The position numbers and the translations under genes are program-made. From contig JAFUXF010000021.1 of the NCBI GenBank assembly GCA_017477185.1, forward strand, positions 267 through 64,266: DNA of 64,000 nucleotides, in the 5' to 3' direction. Every line of letters starts with the position of its first letter. The stretch's first letter is position 1. Below, piece after piece: positions 37,920-47,083 of this stretch. The notes beneath the pieces were generated by a model. It did no database searches, was not told where the DNA came from, and saw nothing but the letters and a program-made list of their open reading frames with translations. This DNA is from Alphaproteobacteria bacterium. GTDB lineage: Bacteria; Pseudomonadota; Alphaproteobacteria; RF32; CAG-239.

Positions 37920-38429
37920 ATGAAAAAAATATTTACCTTTGGGGTGGTTTTATTACTTACGGGTTGCGCAGATTTATCTTTTCAGAAAAAGGAAGTTCCT
38001 GTTGAACCGGTGGAGACAACGACAATAACCATGCCGGATATGCAGAATATTTATATGACAAAGGCTTATGAAACAGCAGCCACCAGAATTACAAATAAAA
38101 TGCTTGATGACACCCCAGATTTGTACGAAGTTCAGCCCCGTCCGAAAATTTATATTCGCCAAATCAGAAAAGAAGCTACCGGTTTGCCTGACGGTTTCTA
38201 TACTGCACAACAAGTCATCAAAGATATTATAAGCGGTTCAGGCACATATACCGTTGTTAATAAAGCGGATGAAGCTGATTATATTTTGGCAACCAGTATT
38301 AATCAGTTTAATGTTGATAATCTTCCGGGGATTATCATTAAACAAAGTATCAATGATATATATGACCAACAGCTTCGCGGATGGAATATTGTCATCAAAC
38401 AAATGACCGAAGATAAAAGTTGGTGGTAA
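37920..38429 (+). CDS. Lipoprotein (possibly LpoB-like)
   Basis: The ATG at 37920 gives lipobox LLLTGC. TVVNKADEADYILATSINQF resembles the LpoB family. That assignment is tentative. Confidence 0.5.
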   Translation: MKKIFTFGVVLLLTGCADLSFQKKEVPVEPVETTTITMPDMQNIYMTKAYETAATRITNKMLDDTPDLYEVQPRPKIYIRQIRKEATGLPDGFYTAQQVIKDIISGSGTYTVVNKADEADYILATSINQFNVDNLPGIIIKQSINDIYDQQLRGWNIVIKQMTEDKSWW

Positions 38430-39430
38430 TGAGATATCTTGGATTTGGTATAGGTTTGTTAATTTTGTCTTCCACCCCCGTTTTGGCAGAGGTTTTGGAA
38501 CAAGAGAGTAGCGCGTTAGCTGTTTTTGGGGAGGCTTGCGAAAACAGTAAAGAAGGTGAGCAAAATGCAACCGTTCGTATGAGAGCAACGGATAAGGCGT
38601 GTTTTAGTGCCATTAATGCTTTGCCCGAGATTATCAATATAAAAGACAGCTTCGATGATCATGATTTTAATGTTATGATTTATAATATTGTTGACGAATA
38701 CATCGAAGATTTGACCACAAAAACAACAAAGCAAACCGAAACGCAGGTTTGTGTTGAGGTTTCGGGATATGTTACTCCTGAAAACATAGGAAAAGCTATT
38801 GACGAAACCATTAAGACACCGGCTTCGGAGCAAATATTAGCAGATAACGCACAACTTCCTTCCCAAATACCTGAAGACGAATCGTTGGCGATTTCTCAAC
38901 CGACATTACTTTCTAATAATGAAGATAATGTGGTTGTTCTCAATACTATTTTTGTTCGTCCGACCGAATTTTATAATCACACACAATCAAATTCACATTC
39001 AGCAATCTTACGCAAAATTCTGGCACAATCGGATAATGTCCAAATTGTTCAAGATGAAGAAGACGCCAATTTTGTCGTTACTCCTCAGGTTTTAAAAGCA
39101 AAAATTGAACCGTTAAATAATGAGACAAATCGTTTGCAAATGGTATTAGCCCTTGAAACTTTTGATCGCCATAAAAACACCACAACGACAGAGCATCAAA
39201 ATAAATTTGTGCTATTTACGAATGATGATAACGAACAAGAAATTGCAAAAAAACTTTTGACACAACTTTTTGAAAAGAGTAGTTCTTCTTTACTCAAATT
39301 AGCTAATAAAAGCAGTCAACAGATTTATCAAAAGCATGCCAAAATGCTATCAGGCAACGATAACTCTACAATTTCTCAGCCACATCAGACCGGTGCCGAG
39401 ATATTGGATAAACCACAGAACTTAAATTAA
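38429..39430 (+). CDS. Secreted hypothetical protein
   Basis: A TAATG overlap links it to the preceding lipoprotein gene. Its signal peptide is MRYLGFGIGLLILSSTPVLA. Confidence 0.5.
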   Translation: MRYLGFGIGLLILSSTPVLAEVLEQESSALAVFGEACENSKEGEQNATVRMRATDKACFSAINALPEIINIKDSFDDHDFNVMIYNIVDEYIEDLTTKTTKQTETQVCVEVSGYVTPENIGKAIDETIKTPASEQILADNAQLPSQIPEDESLAISQPTLLSNNEDNVVVLNTIFVRPTEFYNHTQSNSHSAILRKILAQSDNVQIVQDEEDANFVVTPQVLKAKIEPLNNETNRLQMVLALETFDRHKNTTTTEHQNKFVLFTNDDNEQEIAKKLLTQLFEKSSSSLLKLANKSSQQIYQKHAKMLSGNDNSTISQPHQTGAEILDKPQNLN

Positions 39431-40154
39431 TTAAATCTTCAATTTTATGCGCTGCACAATAAGTCGAAATTTGCATATTCAGCAAATTTCCGGTTTCTTT
39501 ATAATTTTTAATACTGTCGTCAACATAAAAAATAAATTCTATATCCGGAAAATCCCTATCGTGGAAAAGATTATAAGAAAAGCCGAGCATGCTGTCTTGA
39601 ACCTTTTCGATTATTCGATTTAAAATTGCAGGAATGTGTTTCGTGACACCATAATCTTCATTTAATTGAATCCAATCTTGCAGCACAATTTTATCTTTAT
39701 TTTCGGGAAAATAAATCAGCACTCGCTCTAAGAGAGTCATATTTCCGCTATATATAGCATATTTCAATAAGAGATTTCCATAATTTGCCATATTATTTTC
39801 CAAATCAGCAATGTATGATGCCAGAGCAGCTCCTGCCATGTCGGACAAACCTAAATTCATTAAGTCTTTTATAAAAATTTGCTCTGAAGATAAGCGTAAT
39901 TGTCCTCCTGTTTCCCAAATTCTATATGCTATAGAGCGAGCTCTTTGTCCGCGTCCTTTCATAATTTGTTGATGCATCATCAGTACCAACAAATCCGTAT
40001 CCGCCTGATTACTTTGAAGCTGAGTGTATAACTGCTGTTCTACATAATTGATATTATCTATATCAGAGTATTCTAAATTTTGCATAAATTGCAATGTCTT
40101 ATCATAATCGACCAGAGGCATTCTTTTTAAAACATCATTATTGGTATCTGTCAT
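39366..40154 (-). CDS. Hypothetical protein
   Basis: The ATG at 40154 has AAGGAA 6 nt upstream. No recognisable motif was found. Confidence 0.45.
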   Translation of the reverse strand: MTDTNNDVLKRMPLVDYDKTLQFMQNLEYSDIDNINYVEQQLYTQLQSNQADTDLLVLMMHQQIMKGRGQRARSIAYRIWETGGQLRLSSEQIFIKDLMNLGLSDMAGAALASYIADLENNMANYGNLLLKYAIYSGNMTLLERVLIYFPENKDKIVLQDWIQLNEDYGVTKHIPAILNRIIEKVQDSMLGFSYNLFHDRDFPDIEFIFYVDDSIKNYKETGNLLNMQISTYCAAHKIEDLINLSSVVYPISRHRSDVAEKL

Positions 40155-40164
40155 ATTGTATTCC

Positions 40165-40602
40165 TTATTTTTCCAGCATAAATGTTGCCGGCCCGTCATT
40201 TATCAGGCGAACTTTCATTTCCGTCTGAAAAACTCCTGTTTCGACATGATGTCCACAGTTTTGTAAATATTGCACAAACTTTTCATACAGTGGTCTTGCC
40301 TCTACAGGACGAGCAGCGGTTTCAAATCCCGGGCGGTTGCCGCGTGATGTATCGCCGGCTAATGTGAATTGCGAAATTGCTAAAATCGCACCTCCAACAT
40401 CTTTGAGATTTAAATTCATTTTACCGTCTGCATCTTCAAAGATACGAAGGTTGCTGACTTTATTAGCCAAATATTCAACTTGTGCAACCGAATCGTTTTT
40501 TTGAATACCTATAAAAAGCAGGTATCCTTTTCCTATTTGTCCGACAATCTTATTGTCAACACTCACGGAGGCTTCATCAACTCTTTGTACTAATACACGC
40601 AT
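40165..40602 (-). CDS. dtd: D-aminoacyl-tRNA deacylase
   Basis: MRVLVQRV and [17 protein letters not shown] are present. It is 145 aa long. Confidence 0.9.
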   Translation of the reverse strand: MRVLVQRVDEASVSVDNKIVGQIGKGYLLFIGIQKNDSVAQVEYLANKVSNLRIFEDADGKMNLNLKDVGGAILAISQFTLAGDTSRGNRPGFETAARPVEARPLYEKFVQYLQNCGHHVETGVFQTEMKVRLINDGPATFMLEK

Positions 40603-40622
40603 ATTTTACCTTTTCTATCCCA

Positions 40623-41852
40623 TTAATGCCAAAAAATGTATGCTATCCCAATTGCGGCACAAATACCGGCTAAATCTGCCAGTAACGCACAAGGAACGGC
40701 AGATCCGGTTTTGGTTATTTTAACCGCTCCAAAGTAGACGGCAAGCACATAAAAAGTTGTTTCCGTTGAGCCTTGGATAACCGAAGAAACTAAAGCAGGA
40801 AAACTATCAACACCATAATTTTGAATTGTTTCTATCATCATTGCGCGCGCACCACTTCCTGACAAAGGTTTCATCAATGCCGTCGGAAGTGCCGGTATAA
40901 AATCATTATTGATATGACACAAAGAAATAATATATTCACAACCGGAAAGCAAATAATCTAAGGCTCCCGAAGTTCTAAAAACGGCGATTCCAACCAACAT
41001 TGCCACCATATAAGGAATTATTCTAACTGCTGTTTCAAATCCCTCTTTAGCTCCTTCTATAAACACATTATAGACGTTTAGGCGGCAAATCAGCCCTGAT
41101 GCTATAAAAAGAATAATCATGCCAAAAAGAGCTATATTCGCTAACAATGATGCATAAAGTATTCTGTTTTCCGCATCAAGAGAGGCAAATAAGCAGGATA
41201 TTCCGACAATAAAAATTAAAAACACACTTAAATACCCTAAGACAGTACGATTATATATCGGTAATTTTTCGGCTATAGCTACACTTATAAAACCAACCAG
41301 TGTGGATACGGATGTTGCTAAGAGAATCGGTAAAAATACCATACTCGGCTCCGTTGCACCAAATTGCTGACGAAACATTAAAATGCTTATCGGAATCAGG
41401 GTTACCGATGACGTATTAATAACCATAAACAAAATTTGAGCAGACGATGCTTTTTCTTTATGAGGATTCAAATCTTGCAATTGCTCCATGGCTTTAATTC
41501 CGATAGGAGTTGCAGCATTATCAAGCCCAAGTATATTTGCTGCCATATTCATCACGATAGACCCCTGAGCGGGGCTATCTGCCGGAATTTCCGGAAGTAA
41601 TTTACGAAATAGCGGGCGTAAAATTTTTGCTAAGACTTCGGTTAATCCAGATTTTTCAGCTATTTTTAACAGCCCCAGCCACAAACACATCATACCCGTT
41701 AAGGATAAGGTAATTTCAAAAGCATTTTTTGACGAATCAAACAGGGTATTTGCTAAATCTGACCATATTTGCACATTACCATTGACAATTGTTTGCCATA
41801 GGGCCACAACAAATGCACTTAAGAAAAAACCACTCCAGATAATATTAAGCAT
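40623..41852 (-). CDS. Nucleoside-recognition-domain membrane protein (SpmA/SpmB-like fusion)
   Basis: The N-terminus MLNIIWSGFFLSAFVVALWQ is SpmA-like. The protein is polytopic throughout. Confidence 0.7.
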   Translation of the reverse strand: MLNIIWSGFFLSAFVVALWQTIVNGNVQIWSDLANTLFDSSKNAFEITLSLTGMMCLWLGLLKIAEKSGLTEVLAKILRPLFRKLLPEIPADSPAQGSIVMNMAANILGLDNAATPIGIKAMEQLQDLNPHKEKASSAQILFMVINTSSVTLIPISILMFRQQFGATEPSMVFLPILLATSVSTLVGFISVAIAEKLPIYNRTVLGYLSVFLIFIVGISCLFASLDAENRILYASLLANIALFGMIILFIASGLICRLNVYNVFIEGAKEGFETAVRIIPYMVAMLVGIAVFRTSGALDYLLSGCEYIISLCHINNDFIPALPTALMKPLSGSGARAMMIETIQNYGVDSFPALVSSVIQGSTETTFYVLAVYFGAVKITKTGSAVPCALLADLAGICAAIGIAYIFWH

Positions 41853-41951
41853 TTTACCCTCCTCTGCTTTTTAATAACAGATAATTGCTAATCTTTATTT
41901 AATAAAATATTTATATACTGACTTTGTATCTACTTTCTTGGGAGAAATTTT

Positions 41952-42509
41952 ATGTCTGTTGTATTGATTCTCATATTTGTCATTCTTTTGTTTTTGTATA
42001 GTTTGTATGTTTCTCTTATTCATAAAAAAAATAAAGTTAAAGAAGCATCTTCCGGCATTGATGTGCAATTAAAAAAACGTTGCGACCTTATTCCGAATCT
42101 TTTACAAACTGCCGCTAAATTTATGACTCATGAAAAAGATTTAATGAACGAAATTACGCAATTAAGGACTCAAGCCATAAACGAATCCTTCAAAAACAAT
42201 CCCAAGCAAGCCATGCAAGTAGAAAATGCTCTATCTGAAAAACTACATTTATTTAATATTTCTGTTGAAAATTATCCCGATTTAAAATCAAATCAAACAA
42301 TGGTACAGGCAATGAGCGCTATGGAAGAAACAGAAGAAGGTATTGCTGCCGCTCGACGCTTTTATAATTCTGCCGTTAATGATTTGAATAACGCTGTTGA
42401 GATTTTTCCAAGCAGTCTTATTGCAAAAGGACTTCATATTGAAACAGCAATGTTTTTTGTTGCTCCAGAAAGGGATAAAAAGCCTATTGATGTGAAAGAT
42501 TATTTCTGA
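41952..42509 (+). CDS. lemA: LemA-family protein
   Basis: An N-terminal TM is followed by VQLKKRCDLIPNL, ENYPDLKSNQ and RRFYNSAVNDLN. Confidence 0.85.
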   Translation: MSVVLILIFVILLFLYSLYVSLIHKKNKVKEASSGIDVQLKKRCDLIPNLLQTAAKFMTHEKDLMNEITQLRTQAINESFKNNPKQAMQVENALSEKLHLFNISVENYPDLKSNQTMVQAMSAMEETEEGIAAARRFYNSAVNDLNNAVEIFPSSLIAKGLHIETAMFFVAPERDKKPIDVKDYF

Positions 42510-42511
42510 TT

Positions 42512-43471
42512 ATGTTGTGTGATAGTCTTTTTACAAAATACAGGGCTGACTTTGAGGAATATTATTACCAAAAGATATGGCCTAAACTCATTGAAATGGA
42601 AGAAAAGCGATTAAGGCAACTTTATCGCTTTTGGATTTTGTTTTTTATTATGTGTTGCGCTCTTCCATGCTTTATTATTTATATGTGGGGAGAGTGGTTA
42701 TATGTTGCTTTTACTCAATGCAGTGGGAAAGAGCTTGAGGGTATTATCAAATTAGGATTATTACTGATTGCACTTATTGTCTCAATTGTCGGTTATCCGA
42801 TTGTCTGTTATAAATCTGATGTCAAAAATGCAATTATCAAAGATTTTATTAATTTTTTCGGAAGTTTTGATCATAATATATTTAGTAAAATTCATGATGA
42901 AACCATTAAAAAGAGTTTGCTTTTCAATAGCTATAATCGTCATTACGGCGACGATTATTTTTATGGAAAATATAGAAATGTTGATATGGTTATTTCTGAA
43001 GAAGAATTAATTTTTAAGAGAAACAAAGGTCAAAATACTGTTTTTGACGGGGTCTTAATTTTATTAAAATTTCCAAAAAATTTTTTAGGACAGACTGTTG
43101 TTTTTAAGGATTGGGGATATTTTAATTGTTTTCATAAAACAGCAAAACATTTTGAAAACGTAAAGCTTGAAGATATTATTTTTGAAAAAGAATTTGAAGT
43201 TTTTGCTACAGATCAAATTGAGGCAAGAACATTACTTACAACAGCATTTATGGAGCGTATTCTTAAAGTTCGCGATATTTTTCATGGAAAAAAAATTCAA
43301 TTCAGTTTTTTTGACAATCATTTGCTTATTGCCATTCATACCTCAACAGATATGTTTGAACCTTCGTCTTTATTCAAATGTTCTACGGACAGACGCCCTA
43401 TTAATAATGTTTTTGAACAATTTTTAGCTGTTTTTGCCATTATTGAATTTTTAAAATTAACACAACAGTAA
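42512..43471 (+). CDS. DUF3137-like membrane protein
   Basis: It lies 2 nt downstream of lemA. It has two central TM segments. The architecture and the LemA adjacency are typical of DUF3137. Confidence 0.55.
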   Translation: MLCDSLFTKYRADFEEYYYQKIWPKLIEMEEKRLRQLYRFWILFFIMCCALPCFIIYMWGEWLYVAFTQCSGKELEGIIKLGLLLIALIVSIVGYPIVCYKSDVKNAIIKDFINFFGSFDHNIFSKIHDETIKKSLLFNSYNRHYGDDYFYGKYRNVDMVISEEELIFKRNKGQNTVFDGVLILLKFPKNFLGQTVVFKDWGYFNCFHKTAKHFENVKLEDIIFEKEFEVFATDQIEARTLLTTAFMERILKVRDIFHGKKIQFSFFDNHLLIAIHTSTDMFEPSSLFKCSTDRRPINNVFEQFLAVFAIIEFLKLTQQ

Positions 43472-43521
43472 TCTTTTTTTGCTATTCTGGTCTTATATTC
43501 TATCTCAGAAAGGATTACGCC

Positions 43522-44193
43522 ATGAAGTTTTGTTCTTATTTTGCAATTATGCTTTTTTTGTTATTGCAGGCACCAATGTCAGCTCAATCTGCCATGACCA
43601 TGCTCCCCAAAATTGCCGACGATATAGGAACAACTGCAACGCGTAATATTGAAAGTTCAGAACGATTATTTTGCTATATTGTTTCAGGTAAATCTCAGAA
43701 TTATGCCGGATATACACTTGACGACATGGCTGTTACCGGATTTTGTGGTATTATTGATGATAACCTGAAGGATATGTTATTTGAGCAGCTCTTTATGACA
43801 CAAGACAACATTGACTTTAATCATTCTGAAAATTGTATGATTCAGCCGCGTGTTTTATTGAGATTTGTCCGCGGTGTTGATAATACCGATGTTTTGTTAT
43901 CTGCACCTTGCCACTCTATGACTATTTTTTATGGTGGTAAAATGAACACTTACAACATGAAATCTGCCGCACATTTACTTGATACTGTTACAAATGCTTT
44001 TCAGACCAGTCAAACAAATTTTGTTTCGCCGGCATTGATTAACCAATTGTTACCAATTGGTGTTCCTCAAACAGCGGGACAACGTGCAGCTTTAGCTCAA
44101 CCAACAGCAGCTAAGCGTTCTTGGGCGGCACCGGAAAGCTCTGCCTCAAACACTTCGTCTCAAGGTTGGAATACTTTAAATTTTAATAAATAA
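43522..44193 (+). CDS. Secreted hypothetical protein
   Basis: Signal peptide MKFCSYFAIMLFLLLQAPMSAQSA. No known motif was found. Confidence 0.5.
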   Translation: MKFCSYFAIMLFLLLQAPMSAQSAMTMLPKIADDIGTTATRNIESSERLFCYIVSGKSQNYAGYTLDDMAVTGFCGIIDDNLKDMLFEQLFMTQDNIDFNHSENCMIQPRVLLRFVRGVDNTDVLLSAPCHSMTIFYGGKMNTYNMKSAAHLLDTVTNAFQTSQTNFVSPALINQLLPIGVPQTAGQRAALAQPTAAKRSWAAPESSASNTSSQGWNTLNFNK

Positions 44194-44330
44194 AAATATT
44201 TTTACGAATCCTGCGACATTCTCTCTTGTAATTGCATTTTTGCTGTTTTTTTATGTGATAAATCGCTTTTTTCGGTTTTATTATCTAAAAAATCATATAG
44301 TATGTAAGTGTCTGTTTGGGGAAAGAGATT

Positions 44331-44885
44331 ATGGCCGAAGATAACGAGGAAGAAATAGAAGAATCTGAAGAAGTTCCTATTTCTTCAGGTAATATAAAGA
44401 AGAAGATTCTGATTATTCTTATTCCTGCAATTCTTTTGATTGGTGCGGGCGTTGCTGCCGTTGTTGTTTTTTTTACCGGAAGTAAAAATCAACAACCACA
44501 AGGTTATGATATTGTTACCCAGAAAAATGCTGATGGTTCTGGCGATATTGTTACTATTTTTTATACACTGCCCGAAATTTCAGCAAGATTGCGTACCAGT
44601 AATGGTGTTTTTGAAAGCATTCGAATTAAGCTGAACTTGGAGTTGTCTTCTGCTGAAGATGTTATCACAATTAATGCTTTAATGCCAAGAATCAACGATA
44701 TTATTATTGCTCATTTGGTTGAATTAACCCCTGATGAAGTCAGTGGCTCGGAAGGATTTTACGCTCTTAAGACAGAGTTATTGCATCGTATCAACTTGAT
44801 GGTTTCTCCCGTAAAGGTTTCCAATGTTAACATTAAAGATTTGAATATTCAGATTACAGATGCTTTAGAGAAAAAAGAGGATTAG
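44331..44885 (+). CDS. fliL: Flagellar basal-body-associated protein FliL
   Basis: An acidic N-terminus and a single TM are followed by FYTLPEISARL...IRIKLNLEL. Confidence 0.75.
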   Translation: MAEDNEEEIEESEEVPISSGNIKKKILIILIPAILLIGAGVAAVVVFFTGSKNQQPQGYDIVTQKNADGSGDIVTIFYTLPEISARLRTSNGVFESIRIKLNLELSSAEDVITINALMPRINDIIIAHLVELTPDEVSGSEGFYALKTELLHRINLMVSPVKVSNVNIKDLNIQITDALEKKED

Positions 44886-44888
44886 GTC

Positions 44889-45959
44889 GTGAGTGAAGAA
44901 GATAAAAAAGAACAAAATCAGCAAGCTGCAAAGCCAGAGAGTAATGGAACAAGCAGTAATAAAGCTAATCTGGATCAATCCTCAGCATTAAATGACAGTG
45001 CTAAAATTCTGAATCAAGAGGAAATTGACGCTTTATTCGGATACAGCGATGCGGATTACTTGTCTTCTGACAATCAGACAGGCGTTAAAGCTATTTTGAA
45101 CTCTTCAATGGCAAGTTATGAACGCTTACCAATGTTAGACATTGTTTTTGACCGCCTTATTCGCATGATGTCAACCTCATTGCGTAACTTTACCCAAGAT
45201 AACGTTGAAGTTTCTTTGGACAGTATTGAGTCTATGCGGTTCGGTGAGTATATTGATGCCTTAACCCTTCCTACTTTATTAGGTGTTTTCAAAGCGGAAG
45301 AATGGGATAATTATGGTTTAATATCTGTGGATTCTTCCTTAGTTTATTCAATTGTTGATGTTTTACTCGGAGGGCGCAGAGGAACGGCGGCTGTCCGAAT
45401 CGAAGGTCGTCCATACACAACCATTGAATTAAATTTAGTTAAAGAGATGCTTGATATTGTTCTTTCCGATTTGTCAACAGCATTTGATCCGGTTACATCC
45501 GTCAGTTTTTCTTATGATAGAATGGAAACTAATCCTCGATTTGCGACGATTACGCGTTTGTCGAATGCGGTTATTGTGGCAAGGCTTCGCGTTGACATGG
45601 AAGACCGAGGCGGAAAAATTGATTTAATGATTCCCTATGCAACACTGGAGCCTATCCGTGATTTATTATTGCAAATGTTTATGGGGGAGCGTTATGGGCG
45701 AGACACTATTTGGGAAAATCATTTGGTTGAAAGATTATGGAATACAGATTTAGATACGCGTGTTATTCTGAAAGAACGTGATATTCCTCTCGGTGATATT
45801 ACTAAATGGCAAGTCGGTTCTTTTTTGCCTTTGGATATGTCGCCGCACGATCCGATTAAACTCATTTGTGGTGATGTTGAGTTATTTTCCGGAGCCATGG
45901 GACGAAAAGGTGATTCTATAGTTATTAAAATATTAGGAAAGGCTAATAGTAATGGATAG
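44889..45959 (+). CDS. fliM: Flagellar motor switch protein FliM
   Basis: GTG start with an AGAGGA RBS. LNQEEIDALFG, LLGGRRG and a C-terminal SpoA-like segment are present. Confidence 0.85.
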   Translation: MSEEDKKEQNQQAAKPESNGTSSNKANLDQSSALNDSAKILNQEEIDALFGYSDADYLSSDNQTGVKAILNSSMASYERLPMLDIVFDRLIRMMSTSLRNFTQDNVEVSLDSIESMRFGEYIDALTLPTLLGVFKAEEWDNYGLISVDSSLVYSIVDVLLGGRRGTAAVRIEGRPYTTIELNLVKEMLDIVLSDLSTAFDPVTSVSFSYDRMETNPRFATITRLSNAVIVARLRVDMEDRGGKIDLMIPYATLEPIRDLLLQMFMGERYGRDTIWENHLVERLWNTDLDTRVILKERDIPLGDITKWQVGSFLPLDMSPHDPIKLICGDVELFSGAMGRKGDSIVIKILGKANSNG

Positions 45960-46386
45960 TCTGGAATTAATCATTAATTTGCTTATTATCGTTTTGCTGG
46001 TTCCTACGATTATTTATGCGTATAAACTCAATAAAAATTTGACACTTCTTCGAGAAAATCAGAATAGTTTAGCACGCTTGGTTTCTTCTTTAAATGATGC
46101 TACGGTAAAAGCTGAAAACTCTATTCCAAAACTAAAAGACGTTACTGAAGTTTCTTCGCAAAATCTGCTTAATGTTGTTGACAATGCCAAATCATTAAAA
46201 GAGGATTTGACCTTTATTAATGAGCGGGCAGATAATTTGGCTGATCGTTTGGAAAACGTGATTCATGACGGCAGAAACTTAAAAAACAGTTCATCTTTTG
46301 ATACTGAGGAAGCTCAACAAAAACAAAGCCAAGACAAATCCCAAGCAGAATTAGAGTTATTGAAAGCATTACGATCAATTAAATAG
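45952..46386 (+). CDS. Flagellar-cluster membrane protein (DUF6468-like)
   Basis: It overlaps the fliM end by 8 nt. An N-terminal TM is followed by a coiled coil. Confidence 0.5.
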   Translation: MDSLELIINLLIIVLLVPTIIYAYKLNKNLTLLRENQNSLARLVSSLNDATVKAENSIPKLKDVTEVSSQNLLNVVDNAKSLKEDLTFINERADNLADRLENVIHDGRNLKNSSSFDTEEAQQKQSQDKSQAELELLKALRSIK

Positions 46387-46394
46387 GGGACTCA

Positions 46395-47069
46395 ATGTTT
46401 AAATCTCGACACATACGCATTCTTCCGATTTTTATATTCTTATCATCTCTTTTGCTGACTATTCGGGTGACGAATATTATAGAATCGTTACGGCATAATG
46501 AGTTCCCTAAATTCGGTATCGGGGAAATTCAAGCAGCAGAAACCGTAACACCGGAAGCTGCGGCATTGAGTTCGACCCTTCAGTCTTCAGACTTGAAAGA
46601 TAAAGCTCAGAACTCATCTAAAACAGAAAATTCAAGTAGTGAAGATAATGAAGATTCAAATAAGACAAGTTTTACGCCTGCTGAGGTTTTGATTCTTCAA
46701 GAATTAGCAGAACGACGTGAAGCACTTGACCTGAGAAGTGCTGAAATAGATAAGAAAGCCTTACAGTTAAAAGTTTCGGAGCGTGAAATCGATAAGCAAT
46801 TGAAGCAACTACAGGAGTATGAACAAAAACTTAAAACATTAATTCAGGAATACAATGCTAAAGAAAAAGAAAAAATAGCTTCTTTAGTAAAAGTTTATAC
46901 CAGTATGAAACCTAAAGATGCTGCTCGTATTTTTGAAACTTTGGATTTAGAAGTTACAGTTGCTTTGTTAAAAGAAATGAAACCTTCGGCGTCATCTGCT
47001 ATTTTAGCACAAATTACACCTGCTAAAGCTAAAGCAATTACAGATAAAATTATAGGAAATGCTTTTTGA
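46395..47069 (+). CDS. motE: MotE-family / MgtE_N-like flagellar protein
   Basis: VKVYTSMKPKDAARIFETLDLEVTVALLKEMKPSASSAILAQITPAKAKAI is present. Confidence 0.6.
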   Translation: MFKSRHIRILPIFIFLSSLLLTIRVTNIIESLRHNEFPKFGIGEIQAAETVTPEAAALSSTLQSSDLKDKAQNSSKTENSSSEDNEDSNKTSFTPAEVLILQELAERREALDLRSAEIDKKALQLKVSEREIDKQLKQLQEYEQKLKTLIQEYNAKEKEKIASLVKVYTSMKPKDAARIFETLDLEVTVALLKEMKPSASSAILAQITPAKAKAITDKIIGNAF

Positions 47070-47083
47070 TTTAGGGAAGTTCA

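Noticed and set aside
44194-44330. Searched upstream of fliL for sigma-54 (GG-N10-GC), sigma-28 or CtrA (TTAA-N7-TTAA) sites.
   Set aside because: No convincing match was found by eye.
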